From a virus, in the IMG/VR virus record IMGVR_UViG_3300020463_002440, positions 64,001 to 128,000 of that record: a DNA stretch of 64,000 nt, one strand, 5' to 3'. Position 1 is the stretch's first letter. Each line of letters starts with the position of its first letter. The notes under the pieces are model-generated. The model was not told the origin of the DNA. It saw nothing but the letters and a program-made list of their open reading frames with translations, and ran no database searches. Made by a program: the position numbers and the translations under genes. Below are positions 49,587 through 59,412 of this stretch, piece after piece.

Positions 49587-49771
49587 TAGTTATTTTCCAA
49601 TTTTTCTATTCGTTCATAGATTTCAATTATGCTGCGTTTTATATCTACTAAGTCATTACATATTCTATCAACTTTACGATAATAATTGCGTTCTAATTTA
49701 TATTTATCGAGAGCGACAGCATCAGTACTTAATACTGCTCGTGATTTTTGATCTCTTTTAATATTACTCAT
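49586..49771 (-). CDS. Small conserved coiled-coil protein
   Basis: RDxKSRAVLSTD...Y.. motif plus coiled-coil C-terminus; TAATG coupling to the next gene; typical position after the DUF4815 gene. Confidence 0.65.
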   Translation of the reverse strand: MSNIKRDQKSRAVLSTDAVALDKYKLERNYYRKVDRICNDLVDIKRSIIEIYERIEKLENN

Positions 49772-49781
49772 AACAAATACC

Positions 49782-52700
49782 TTATGTTAATGCGATTCCG
49801 CGATAGTCTTTTAGTGTAGGTGCGTTATGAATATTTGGAGATAACATATCAATACGAATAGCAAATCTCTTAAATCCTTCGAACACTCCTGAATTACTTG
49901 TGTATGTTAATGCGCTGCTTACAAATCCACCTGTCTTATTTGCATTAGCAACTCTATATTTAAATTCTCTGTAATCATTAATATTTGAAACAGTAGAGAA
50001 TACACCTACACCTTCAAATAGTTCAAGCTCAATCCAAGGAATAGAATCGAAGTCATCATTATCATAACCGTTTTGTGGTTTAATATAAACTTTAATATCT
50101 GTTCCTGTTGGACGATAACCTGTTAATGTTAAATTGAAATCTTCAGCATCTAAACTTTCAGCAAGTTCAATTGTTTTTGAAACATATCTTGCGGTCGTAT
50201 CTGCACTATTTGTTATTTTATATTGATACGCAATTAACTTAGAAGATTCAATGTCAACAAATGGAGTTGAAGTTACATTACTTCCATTTTCTAATCCAAC
50301 ATTAATCTTAAATGATTTTGAACCTGATGGGTCATTAGATTTAGAATATACAACAACACCTTCTTCTGAGAAATGATTATTGTCATTAAATCTCATTGGT
50401 TGATTATATGTTATATTAACGTTATCAATTGGTACGAATGTTCCACTCAACGAAGTTTTACTTGTTGAATCATTTGCTTTCATAATCATTGGTTGAACAT
50501 AACTTAAATTAATATTATCAACTGATGCTATATTTGCACTTGAACCAGAATCAAATCCATTCACAAGTGTTGATGCTACGAATTGTTTTGATGAACTTAC
50601 TGATGAACCTTCCAAATGCATTGAGAATGGATCTCTTATATCATAATAAGTTAAAGTACCTGTTACAACTGGTTCATGAGTTGCTGATCCAGAATCAGCA
50701 AATCCCCAAGCAGATGTTAATGTCAATTGACCTCCACTATCAACAGAAGCAATTTTAAATATACCTTTGTTGGCTCCTACTTTAATAAGTATCTTATCGT
50801 CATCGTTGTATATTGCATCAAGTCCTGAACCCGTTACAATTTTGGATCCTTGAGTAACACCCATGCTTGTACTAGGAGATGAAACTATTTGATAAATTGT
50901 TTCACCTGGAGTAAATCTTCCTGTAAGATTGTTGACTGAAAGGAATTCATTGTCGTTATTTGTTAACGAGACGGAACCAGTTGAAGAATTAAAGTTATGT
51001 CTTCTTAATGTAAATTTAATATCTTCATCTTGATATGATTTCCAAGCCGAGTTGTTAGTTGATGTAAATAGAATACCATCACCCCAATCCTGAGTAATAG
51101 CAGAACCTTGAGTTGAGCCTGGTGTTAAATCAACTCCACCAACTTTAGAAGTATATATTAAGTAATTAGGATCTGATGCATCAGGTTGAACTACAACCGC
51201 ATATTCTTTTTCAACATCTAATCTAACAGGTGCTTCAAATTCAAATGTTGTTGCTGATGAAGCATCTTCAGATACACTTACTGCTGCAGGCAATTTATGT
51301 ACTGCAGAGAAAGGAATAATTTGATTTGTTGGATAACCGTTTGTTACTTCTCTTATTTGTACTGTTACACCGTTTAGTGCGGAACTAGTATTATCGTTTG
51401 TCTCTGTTGTTGAAGGCTTACGTTTAAAGTAAACATCAATTTCTGATAGATAAACTGAATTGCTTCCTGCACCCATACCTTTCTTAATAAAGAATGTTTG
51501 TGCAAGTGGATCTCTACCTCGAATACGACGAGCAACATTTCTAACTGTTGTCGTTGTGTTAACATCAAAGTTTGGAGATCTTGTTGATGTTGTTAATGCC
51601 GTCTTTTCAACACTGAAGTTATATGCCCTGTAAGTAACAAATCCTTTTGATGTTGAAGCAGAATCAATACTACTATAAGTATTTACATCTACAATTTCTA
51701 AAATTCTATCGCCGACAAAGAATGTTTCAGGCGGTAAACTAAATATTGCTCTTAATACACCATTTGAATCTGTTGATATGGCAGTACCTTTATCGCCGTA
51801 TCTTTCGACATCATCAATTGTATCTGCTGTAATTGATCCTGGAGCAACGTGTGAATTTACATCAACACCATCAAAGAAGAAGTAATGTCTTTGATTAGGT
51901 CTTAGTCCTGACATATAAACTTTGATATCTCTACCTGCCATATAAGGTTCAAATCTAAAGTCAGAAACAAACTCACCAACATTTTCAACTGTTACTGTAC
52001 TTCCATCAATTACAACTTCACTTGAGGTTGTTGTTGTCGTTGTTGTTTGATTTCCTGCACCACGCCTTCCTGCTCGACCACGATCTCTTTCAAAGATTAC
52101 CTCTGAGGATACGTCAGTCATAGGAACAAATTCTTGAATTGCATCAATGAACTCTTCAAACGGCTGAGATAGATCTATATCAATTGAAGCAGGATTAACT
52201 GTTGTATCATAAGCAGCATCATAAGGTGGAGAAATAATTCCATCTCCGACATACTTATAAAAGTTACTTACACAGTTTCTATAATTTGAAGCATAAGGTT
52301 GAGATATAATATCAACATTACTATTCCTTCCAATTGTTGCTGCCTTTCCTAAACTAGAACTTGGGAAAACAGAAGCACCAGTTGATGAATCATATTTTAA
52401 GTCAAGTGGGAAAGTCTTCAGCGAAGGTTGTAGAATTTTTTTGTTAAATGGAACTGAGGCATTAAATTGTGGATTATCAACCGCAGCCAATTTTAAATCG
52501 TTAAATGGATCTACTACGAATCCATTCTTAAATCTGTTTTGACCGTTTTCATCACGTATAATCAAATTAGCAGTATCGGACTCTAATTGATTTAATGAAA
52601 TATAATAAGCCATGTTATCAATCTTCTTCTCTAAAGAATGAAGATCTTTCATTGTATAATTTCTAACACCTGTACTCTTTGGCTTAATTGCGTAATCTTT

Positions 52701-55151
52701 CTTACGAAGAACATCGGATTGTTTCTTAGATAGTGCAGGATAACCGGGAATTTCAACATTAGCAATTGCTACTTCATCTGTTGAAACCTTAGGCGGTATT
52801 GCGTACCTATCTTCGGCTCCTTTTCTTAATGTTATTTCACCGTAAGAATCACAAACAATAGTATCTATTCTTGAAAGATAGAATTCTATGTCTGTTGTAA
52901 TTGCTTGTGATGCAGCAGGTAATAATGGTACTCCGAGATTATTAAAGGCAATCGTATTAGAACCTACAGGAGTTGTAAGTGTTGGAGCAGAGGCTGCAGA
53001 AGCATTATTATAATCTGCACTTGTGTCTTTATTTACATGAGGTCTGAAATCAAAACATTCTCTCAAATTAAATTCACGACCTGATGAAGAAACATAAGTT
53101 GGAATTTCATATCTCTCTAATGTATTTGGGTAACTATTAATTGTAAAGAAGTATTCGCCTGTACTGTTTGATGCTTCAAATACACTCATTTGTATTGTCA
53201 AGACACCATTTCCTGGTTTTGGTCTACCTTCAATGTATTCAATATATGAAAGATCGTAATAAGTATCTTTCTGATTTGTTTTTAATCTAAAGCTATTTGA
53301 ATAATCTTCGTCATTTGAATCTACAATACTCAAGATCTTATATACATCAGGAAATCCTAAACTGTATTTAGAAGTTGCTGCTGTATAATTAACTTTAACA
53401 TAAGGAGTCCTAATAACTTTATTATAAGGATCAGTTCCACCTGAGGAACCAATTAATCTTTTATTAAAATATACAGTAACAGTTAGAGATGATGTATCAG
53501 CAATATTAATATCTAATTGTGAATTATTTAAACTTGTGGCTTTACTTACGACAGGATGTTGTGTACTTGTTGAATCTACAATAAGAATATCATTGTTATC
53601 GCAATTGAAATCTTCACCAGGATTTGCTGTAAGTGTTATTGTTCCTGAAGTTGAAGTACCTGCTACTTGAGTTCTTACAGGAATAAGAGAATCATTAGTA
53701 TTAAATAAACTATTAAGTCCTGTATCAAAAATTAATGCTCTTTTACTTGCTTCTTGAATTCTAGGTGTTACTGAAACATATCCATTACCGTCTGTAATTC
53801 TATCAAGTAATGATATATCTGCAGCACCATTCATTCTTACCGCTGATAGATATACTCTCTCATTAGTTAAGTTTGAACAAATAGCGGTACCTAAGATATT
53901 GCTACTTGCATCTTGTAAAGTAACATCAGTGTGATCAAGGTCCAACCTTCCACTGAAACCTGTAATAGGAAGGTAATTGCCGTAGTCCATTGAAACACTT
54001 TGATTTTCAGTTTCTTCAGTACCTGAGATTTGGTCAATGACGAATGAACGTTCGCCTGAGTTTTCAACTCGATATCCTTTAACATAAGCAACTCCTGTTC
54101 CTACTAAAACATTTACATCGGATCCACGATCATCAGTACTTAAAGGGAAACTTTGTAAAATATAATTACCTGATTCTTCGTATGTTCTTCGAGCCATTTC
54201 TTCACCAAGAACATTGAATTGAGAAACGTCTCTTACTGTAATTGCATTACCATTTTGATAACGAATTAAAGTAAAGAAGTCTGAGTTAGCGGTTGCTGTC
54301 GAAGTATCTTGTACTGTGAGAACAGGTTCTAGTTTTAATCTATCTGCACCAGGAGCATTTTCGTTTTTAGAACCATTTGCATTATCAAATAGTGTATCGT
54401 CTTGTAATGAATTGATTAAGTTTTCATTAACAAGGTATCCTACAGACTTATCATTAGGAACATCAGAATATTTTTCAACAACTAAACGCTGTTGTTTTGT
54501 AAATATGAAATGACCTTTTTGGAATACGATACCAGGAGCGGCTTCAATACCGAATGCTTTACCTACATGCGGTGTTGATATACCAGCTGATACTGAGATA
54601 CCGGTTAGTACTTGTTTAGGATTCAATGCATCAGTTGTTGTACCGACCTTAAATCTATATTTGTTAATAACTAAAGCTTCACCAGCCTGAAACTGAGTTG
54701 CTGATGCGCCTGTATTTAAATAGTTAATATAGAAAGTGTTTAAATCTGGTGGTCTTGTTTGAAATCCGACCGAGGCTTGAACAATCGTTGCTCTTAATCC
54801 TGAACTTTGTCCAACAAGTTCGTAAACCACATCAAGTTCAACTTCTTGATTTAGAACTGTTTCTGTTGTTGTTCTGCTAATATATGATTCAACATTAAGA
54901 CCTATTTTGTCATTGATCTTAACATATTGTAAATCATCGAGTTCTGTAAAGTTACAACCTTTGACGATTGAACCTTCTTTGAAAATATTATCACCAAACG
55001 ACTCAACCTGATTTTGAAGCATCGTTTGCAGTTGAGTAAGTTCTCTTGCCTGAACAGCGTACCCAGGCTTAAACATAACTCGATAGAATTGCTTCTCAAC
55101 ATCGTAGTCATCGAAGTATGGTGCTTGGTTTAAATTTTTATTAATAGGCAT
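49782..55151 (-). CDS. Large baseplate/virion structural protein (DUF4815/VrlC-like)
   Basis: NLNQAPYFDDYD...FYRVMFKPGYAVQARELTQLQTMLQNQ..FGDNIFKEGS; APGADRLK; MARRTYEESGNY; RFKNGFVVDPF; DPLAQTF; QDEDIKFTL. Confidence 0.9.
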   Translation of the reverse strand: MPINKNLNQAPYFDDYDVEKQFYRVMFKPGYAVQARELTQLQTMLQNQVESFGDNIFKEGSIVKGCNFTELDDLQYVKINDKIGLNVESYISRTTTETVLNQEVELDVVYELVGQSSGLRATIVQASVGFQTRPPDLNTFYINYLNTGASATQFQAGEALVINKYRFKVGTTTDALNPKQVLTGISVSAGISTPHVGKAFGIEAAPGIVFQKGHFIFTKQQRLVVEKYSDVPNDKSVGYLVNENLINSLQDDTLFDNANGSKNENAPGADRLKLEPVLTVQDTSTATANSDFFTLIRYQNGNAITVRDVSQFNVLGEEMARRTYEESGNYILQSFPLSTDDRGSDVNVLVGTGVAYVKGYRVENSGERSFVIDQISGTEETENQSVSMDYGNYLPITGFSGRLDLDHTDVTLQDASSNILGTAICSNLTNERVYLSAVRMNGAADISLLDRITDGNGYVSVTPRIQEASKRALIFDTGLNSLFNTNDSLIPVRTQVAGTSTSGTITLTANPGEDFNCDNNDILIVDSTSTQHPVVSKATSLNNSQLDINIADTSSLTVTVYFNKRLIGSSGGTDPYNKVIRTPYVKVNYTAATSKYSLGFPDVYKILSIVDSNDEDYSNSFRLKTNQKDTYYDLSYIEYIEGRPKPGNGVLTIQMSVFEASNSTGEYFFTINSYPNTLERYEIPTYVSSSGREFNLRECFDFRPHVNKDTSADYNNASAASAPTLTTPVGSNTIAFNNLGVPLLPAASQAITTDIEFYLSRIDTIVCDSYGEITLRKGAEDRYAIPPKVSTDEVAIANVEIPGYPALSKKQSDVLRKKDYAIKPKSTGVRNYTMKDLHSLEKKIDNMAYYISLNQLESDTANLIIRDENGQNRFKNGFVVDPFNDLKLAAVDNPQFNASVPFNKKILQPSLKTFPLDLKYDSSTGASVFPSSSLGKAATIGRNSNVDIISQPYASNYRNCVSNFYKYVGDGIISPPYDAAYDTTVNPASIDIDLSQPFEEFIDAIQEFVPMTDVSSEVIFERDRGRAGRRGAGNQTTTTTTTSSEVVIDGSTVTVENVGEFVSDFRFEPYMAGRDIKVYMSGLRPNQRHYFFFDGVDVNSHVAPGSITADTIDDVERYGDKGTAISTDSNGVLRAIFSLPPETFFVGDRILEIVDVNTYSSIDSASTSKGFVTYRAYNFSVEKTALTTSTRSPNFDVNTTTTVRNVARRIRGRDPLAQTFFIKKGMGAGSNSVYLSEIDVYFKRKPSTTETNDNTSSALNGVTVQIREVTNGYPTNQIIPFSAVHKLPAAVSVSEDASSATTFEFEAPVRLDVEKEYAVVVQPDASDPNYLIYTSKVGGVDLTPGSTQGSAITQDWGDGILFTSTNNSAWKSYQDEDIKFTLRRHNFNSSTGSVSLTNNDNEFLSVNNLTGRFTPGETIYQIVSSPSTSMGVTQGSKIVTGSGLDAIYNDDDKILIKVGANKGIFKIASVDSGGQLTLTSAWGFADSGSATHEPVVTGTLTYYDIRDPFSMHLEGSSVSSSKQFVASTLVNGFDSGSSANIASVDNINLSYVQPMIMKANDSTSKTSLSGTFVPIDNVNITYNQPMRFNDNNHFSEEGVVVYSKSNDPSGSKSFKINVGLENGSNVTSTPFVDIESSKLIAYQYKITNSADTTARYVSKTIELAESLDAEDFNLTLTGYRPTGTDIKVYIKPQNGYDNDDFDSIPWIELELFEGVGVFSTVSNINDYREFKYRVANANKTGGFVSSALTYTSNSGVFEGFKRFAIRIDMLSPNIHNAPTLKDYRGIALT

Positions 55152-55166
55152 CTTTACTTACGTTCC

Positions 55167-57119
55167 TTAAAATTCCAATACAAACTTAAATTCCTCTCGG
55201 GAGAGGTCGGTTCTTGCGAGTGGGAAGAAGTTTTCCATGAAGTATACTTCGCCCGATCTTTGTATATAGTCTGAGTAAATTATATTATCTGCTACTGGAT
55301 TATTTATTGTGATTGTCTGTCCTCCTTCTGATCTTATTGTCAAATTAGGATTAAAAGATGTATCTCCATTTCCAGCCAAACCATTATTTACATTAGGTCC
55401 CATATATTCTGCTAAGTAAACTGTATTTGCGCTTGTATCAATTTCATGTACTTTTGCTGTAAATACTATCTCGTTACTTCCGTCAATTTGAGTGATTGTA
55501 CTGTTTGCTGTTAGTTTACCGTAATCGTTTGTTACGATTGCGATTCTGTTATCAAAAACATCAGGTGTAGGTGCAGTGTTTGCTTGACCACTTCTCCATA
55601 CTCCATTTCTAGGTGCAGTGTCTACATCTAGAAAATCCGGGCCTCTTATAATGCCAACCGCACCATAAGTATTTACATCACCAATTTTTGTATTGTCTTC
55701 TGCTGTAATATATCCATACATTGAAAAATGCTTACAACCAAATTCATCAAATATATTATATCCATGTCCGCCTGCTGGTTCAATAATAGGTCTTAAGACT
55801 GCTCTTACATCAGAGGTTGCATCATCCTCAGGATTAAATCCTACATTTGGATCAACAAGTGTGGATGTTGCATTTCGATATCCTGTACCACGATTTAGAA
55901 TTGTAACTTTATTTACTTTTCCATTTGCTATATCAGGAATTGCGATTGCGCCTGTTCCATCTCCAACAATATCTATTCTTGGAAACAATTTAATATTTGA
56001 AGATGCTGAAACCCCAGAAACTTGTAAATCTTTATCTGCTTCAAATGTTCCTCCGCTTGTATAAGCTCCAAATGCAGATCCGTTAACCGCAGATGATGCA
56101 GCCGCATCAGTATATAACTCAAACGTATCAGCGTCTATTCTTTTTGCATAATAGAGTGGAGTACCATCGTTATTGACATCGTTAATATCTGTCATTCCTA
56201 ATACATCTTTAAATGTTATTGGCTGATTTACTGCTGAGCTTAATCCATGAGCTGTTGAAGTTATCACAATTGGACTTGCCTGAGTTGCTCCTTCTACATT
56301 ACCTTTTGTTGGATTTGATATTTCAGGACTTAAAATAAAATCAGCGTTTGTTGATGTTGGATTATAAGTATAACTTCTTATTTTGAATAAATTTGAAACA
56401 TTATTAACATTGTTTGTTACATAAAGATATTGTCCTACATAAGAATCTGGAATTTGAAGCCAATCTGTTTCCTTTGGTGCGATTGTCATTGTTGAAGTAT
56501 TGAAATCAATATTTCTTGTAAAGCCTGTCTTTTCAAAATATCCGTTATTATCCAATGCATTTTCTACTTGAATATCAGACATACCGCCACCTACAACTGG
56601 AGATGGGGAAGTATAAGCTCTATCAATAGGAATATAACCTAAAGCATTATATGCTTCAAATTCTAATGTTGATAGACGATACATATATTTCCATACATAA
56701 CCATCTGCAGTTTCATAAATCTGATTTAAATTTGCAGCATCATATGTAGGAGGGGATTCAACTGTCCCAGCTCTATTGTTATCTAGACATTTGTAAATTC
56801 TGTAATCACCGGTGTCATTATCATTAGGACCAACTACTGCATAGTATTTAAGTCCGTTTAGATCAATTGTATCATCATATTGAGAATATACTTGTCCTCT
56901 TTGCCAAGGATAGTATCTTATCATAAAATTAATATCGTCGTTATTAATTCTTTTTCCAAATAGTATATTCTCTAAGAATTCGTTTTGAGACACCGCAGAA
57001 TCCACAGGATTAAAATTCCCAATTGTAGAGACAATCATATAATAATTCTGATTTGCCTCAGTATCAGTAACAAAGAGTTTATTTAGATCACTCTTGAAGT
57101 TATTTGTTAGAATTTCCAT
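55167..57119 (-). CDS. gp8: Baseplate wedge subunit, T4 gp8-like
   Basis: W.RGQVYSQYDD, RIYKCLDNN, TADGYVWKYMY, PAGGHG, SGEVYFMENF.P..R...REEFKFVLEF. Confidence 0.88.
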   Translation of the reverse strand: MEILTNNFKSDLNKLFVTDTEANQNYYMIVSTIGNFNPVDSAVSQNEFLENILFGKRINNDDINFMIRYYPWQRGQVYSQYDDTIDLNGLKYYAVVGPNDNDTGDYRIYKCLDNNRAGTVESPPTYDAANLNQIYETADGYVWKYMYRLSTLEFEAYNALGYIPIDRAYTSPSPVVGGGMSDIQVENALDNNGYFEKTGFTRNIDFNTSTMTIAPKETDWLQIPDSYVGQYLYVTNNVNNVSNLFKIRSYTYNPTSTNADFILSPEISNPTKGNVEGATQASPIVITSTAHGLSSAVNQPITFKDVLGMTDINDVNNDGTPLYYAKRIDADTFELYTDAAASSAVNGSAFGAYTSGGTFEADKDLQVSGVSASSNIKLFPRIDIVGDGTGAIAIPDIANGKVNKVTILNRGTGYRNATSTLVDPNVGFNPEDDATSDVRAVLRPIIEPAGGHGYNIFDEFGCKHFSMYGYITAEDNTKIGDVNTYGAVGIIRGPDFLDVDTAPRNGVWRSGQANTAPTPDVFDNRIAIVTNDYGKLTANSTITQIDGSNEIVFTAKVHEIDTSANTVYLAEYMGPNVNNGLAGNGDTSFNPNLTIRSEGGQTITINNPVADNIIYSDYIQRSGEVYFMENFFPLARTDLSREEFKFVLEF

Positions 57120-57151
57120 GTTTCTGCTTTCGCTCTTCTATATTATTAGTT

Positions 57152-57159
57152 TATTTATT
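57152..57159 (-). promoter_or_regulatory. Putative late promoter AATAAATA upstream of gp8
   Basis: Variant box in the intergenic gap. Confidence 0.55.
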
Positions 57160-57168
57160 ACAAGTTAT

Positions 57169-59409
57169 CTAGGATGAGTACGATACCTTTGGTCGAGGCC
57201 ATGCTCTACCTGATAATGGTCTTCTTCCTTCGCTTGTTTGTTCTGAACCACCTGCGATATATTTACCGCTTCCCATACGTATTCCCCACGGAATATGTAC
57301 TCTTAATGGAGGTGTTCCATATAGTTCTGTTAAATCTGCTCCACCGTTTTGATAATCATTATCGGAAATACGATTAACATTAGATGATGAATATAATTTT
57401 GATGATGCAACATCGCTTGGAGGATAAACGTATGGAGGAGTAGCACGGCTTCCTGCTACATTAGAAAAATCAATACCGTCCATTCCTTCACCAATTAAAT
57501 TTGCCTTTGCGTGCTTTTTCATCAATGCTTTTAAATCTGCTATGCTTGGATATACTCCTCGTTGAGTAAAATACCAATCTAAGAATACAGTTGCACAACC
57601 TGCAGCGACAGGAGCTGCACAACTCGTTCCACTAAAGTATCCCCAATTTCCATCAGAATAAACACCTGCTGGATTGCTTGTCCAAGTATATGCTCCATAA
57701 GCAGCAAAATCAATCTGAGGTCCACGACTACTATAATCATCCATTAATCTATTTGTATCATCTTGTTGGCAAGCGGCAATTGTTAACTGATTATCTCCAC
57801 CAGATATTTCCGTTCTTAAAGGATACAGAGTAACTTGAGATGTTTGAGTTGAAGTAGTAAAAACATTTCTGTCGTTAGTGATTGTATTTGTAACATAATC
57901 AGCACCAGCGTCAATTCTTACTGATGTATCAAATCTAGGATCTGATGGACTTGCACCAATATGTGCGTTATTACCTGCACTTGCAAAATGATATATTCCA
58001 TTATAACTATTATACTGACCCATAACCGTATCAAAGAAAGAACCTCTTGTTTGGTCAGGTATCGAAATCATCCACTTATCAGTACTATCTGCAGGATCAT
58101 TAATGACCCTTGGAATAATTAAGTTATTAGCAAATGCTCTAAAGTCTCCTAGCCATCGAGTTGTATCTTTTGTGCAAGAAATAGTACCAGTCATACTTGA
58201 ATGAAAATCACAAACATAATCATATATGACTGTTGAGTCAGGTAAAGTAAATGTAACAGTGCTTGTTCCTTGGCCTGTTACTCCTGCGACATTAGAACCG
58301 CTTTGTCTGATATATAACGGATGTCCACCTGAAGCTTGATTATTAATAATAACAGTATCACCTGGATGCGCAGTGATTCCTCTATTATTAACACCAGCAC
58401 TTGCATTTGTTCCTTCGTATATTCTATCTTCACCTGAAACAATATATGCAGACGAACCTGTGGCAGTCATTGTAATGTTCCAAGTTGCTGGTTGAGCATC
58501 ACCACGATTTATTGTTGTTGAATTACCTTCTGCATCATAAGCTATGATTTGATTTACATCATCAATTTTATAAAACTTTTCGTGGTCAACGCCAACATAA
58601 CCCCAAGCACCTGTTACGACCGTTGCATTACGAACTCCTGTGGATGGATTTACCGCTTTACTATTATGCCATTGAAGTACTGCATAGTAAGCGTTAGTTG
58701 TACCATCAGCCAAATATATAACTCTTAGTGTTGACTTTTTACCCCAACCACAAAACTTACCACCTGCTGCACTTAATACTCCAATTGCATGAGATGAGAA
58801 CCAGTTTGTGTTATTATTTGTTACTTGATTATTTCTTGCGGATGTAACTGCACCATTTTGAGTTGACCAATCCATAGGAACGAATTTAGAATTATTAGAA
58901 TCCCATTCTTCAAAATCAACATGATCTTCATGACCTGCATTTCCTGAGGCAGGACTACCTGCTTCAATCGCAACAATATCTACAAACTCTCCAAGGAAAT
59001 TACTTTTAACTGTATCATCAAATTGATAATCGCCAAAATAACCTATTGGAGGAGATGCGTTTTGTGCAGGATCAAATTCACTTGTATAAAACATATTCAT
59101 ACCAGTATAATCTGCACCGTTAGAACCGCTTGTTGGATTATATCTTGTTCTATATGTTACTGAAGGACTTTCATATCTTGGTGTTGAAGTTGGATATGAC
59201 ATTTCCACAGTTGGTCTTTCTGGTAAACATTCTTTAACAAAAGAAACTCCTTGAAGTATTTCTCTTTCAGGATCTGTTAAATTCATACATATCATACCAT
59301 CCCAAAGATCGAAGTTATTGAGAACTTCCATTCCTGCTGCTTCGTTTGAAAGAAAGGCAGCTTCATCTGTACCTGGTTCTAGAATTACGTTATGAATTCG
59401 TTTACTCAT
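57169..59409 (-). CDS. Subtilisin-like (S8) serine protease with inserted cupredoxin-like domain
   Basis: VDIVAIEAG (acid position), SSHAIGVLSAAGG (His), ASAGN (oxyanion Asn), YSSRGPQIDFAAYG, FSGTSCAAPVAAG (Ser); I9-like propeptide; insert GHPLYI...YVCDFHSSMTGTI. Confidence 0.85.
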   Translation of the reverse strand: MSKRIHNVILEPGTDEAAFLSNEAAGMEVLNNFDLWDGMICMNLTDPEREILQGVSFVKECLPERPTVEMSYPTSTPRYESPSVTYRTRYNPTSGSNGADYTGMNMFYTSEFDPAQNASPPIGYFGDYQFDDTVKSNFLGEFVDIVAIEAGSPASGNAGHEDHVDFEEWDSNNSKFVPMDWSTQNGAVTSARNNQVTNNNTNWFSSHAIGVLSAAGGKFCGWGKKSTLRVIYLADGTTNAYYAVLQWHNSKAVNPSTGVRNATVVTGAWGYVGVDHEKFYKIDDVNQIIAYDAEGNSTTINRGDAQPATWNITMTATGSSAYIVSGEDRIYEGTNASAGVNNRGITAHPGDTVIINNQASGGHPLYIRQSGSNVAGVTGQGTSTVTFTLPDSTVIYDYVCDFHSSMTGTISCTKDTTRWLGDFRAFANNLIIPRVINDPADSTDKWMISIPDQTRGSFFDTVMGQYNSYNGIYHFASAGNNAHIGASPSDPRFDTSVRIDAGADYVTNTITNDRNVFTTSTQTSQVTLYPLRTEISGGDNQLTIAACQQDDTNRLMDDYSSRGPQIDFAAYGAYTWTSNPAGVYSDGNWGYFSGTSCAAPVAAGCATVFLDWYFTQRGVYPSIADLKALMKKHAKANLIGEGMDGIDFSNVAGSRATPPYVYPPSDVASSKLYSSSNVNRISDNDYQNGGADLTELYGTPPLRVHIPWGIRMGSGKYIAGGSEQTSEGRRPLSGRAWPRPKVSYSS

Positions 59410-59412
59410 TTA

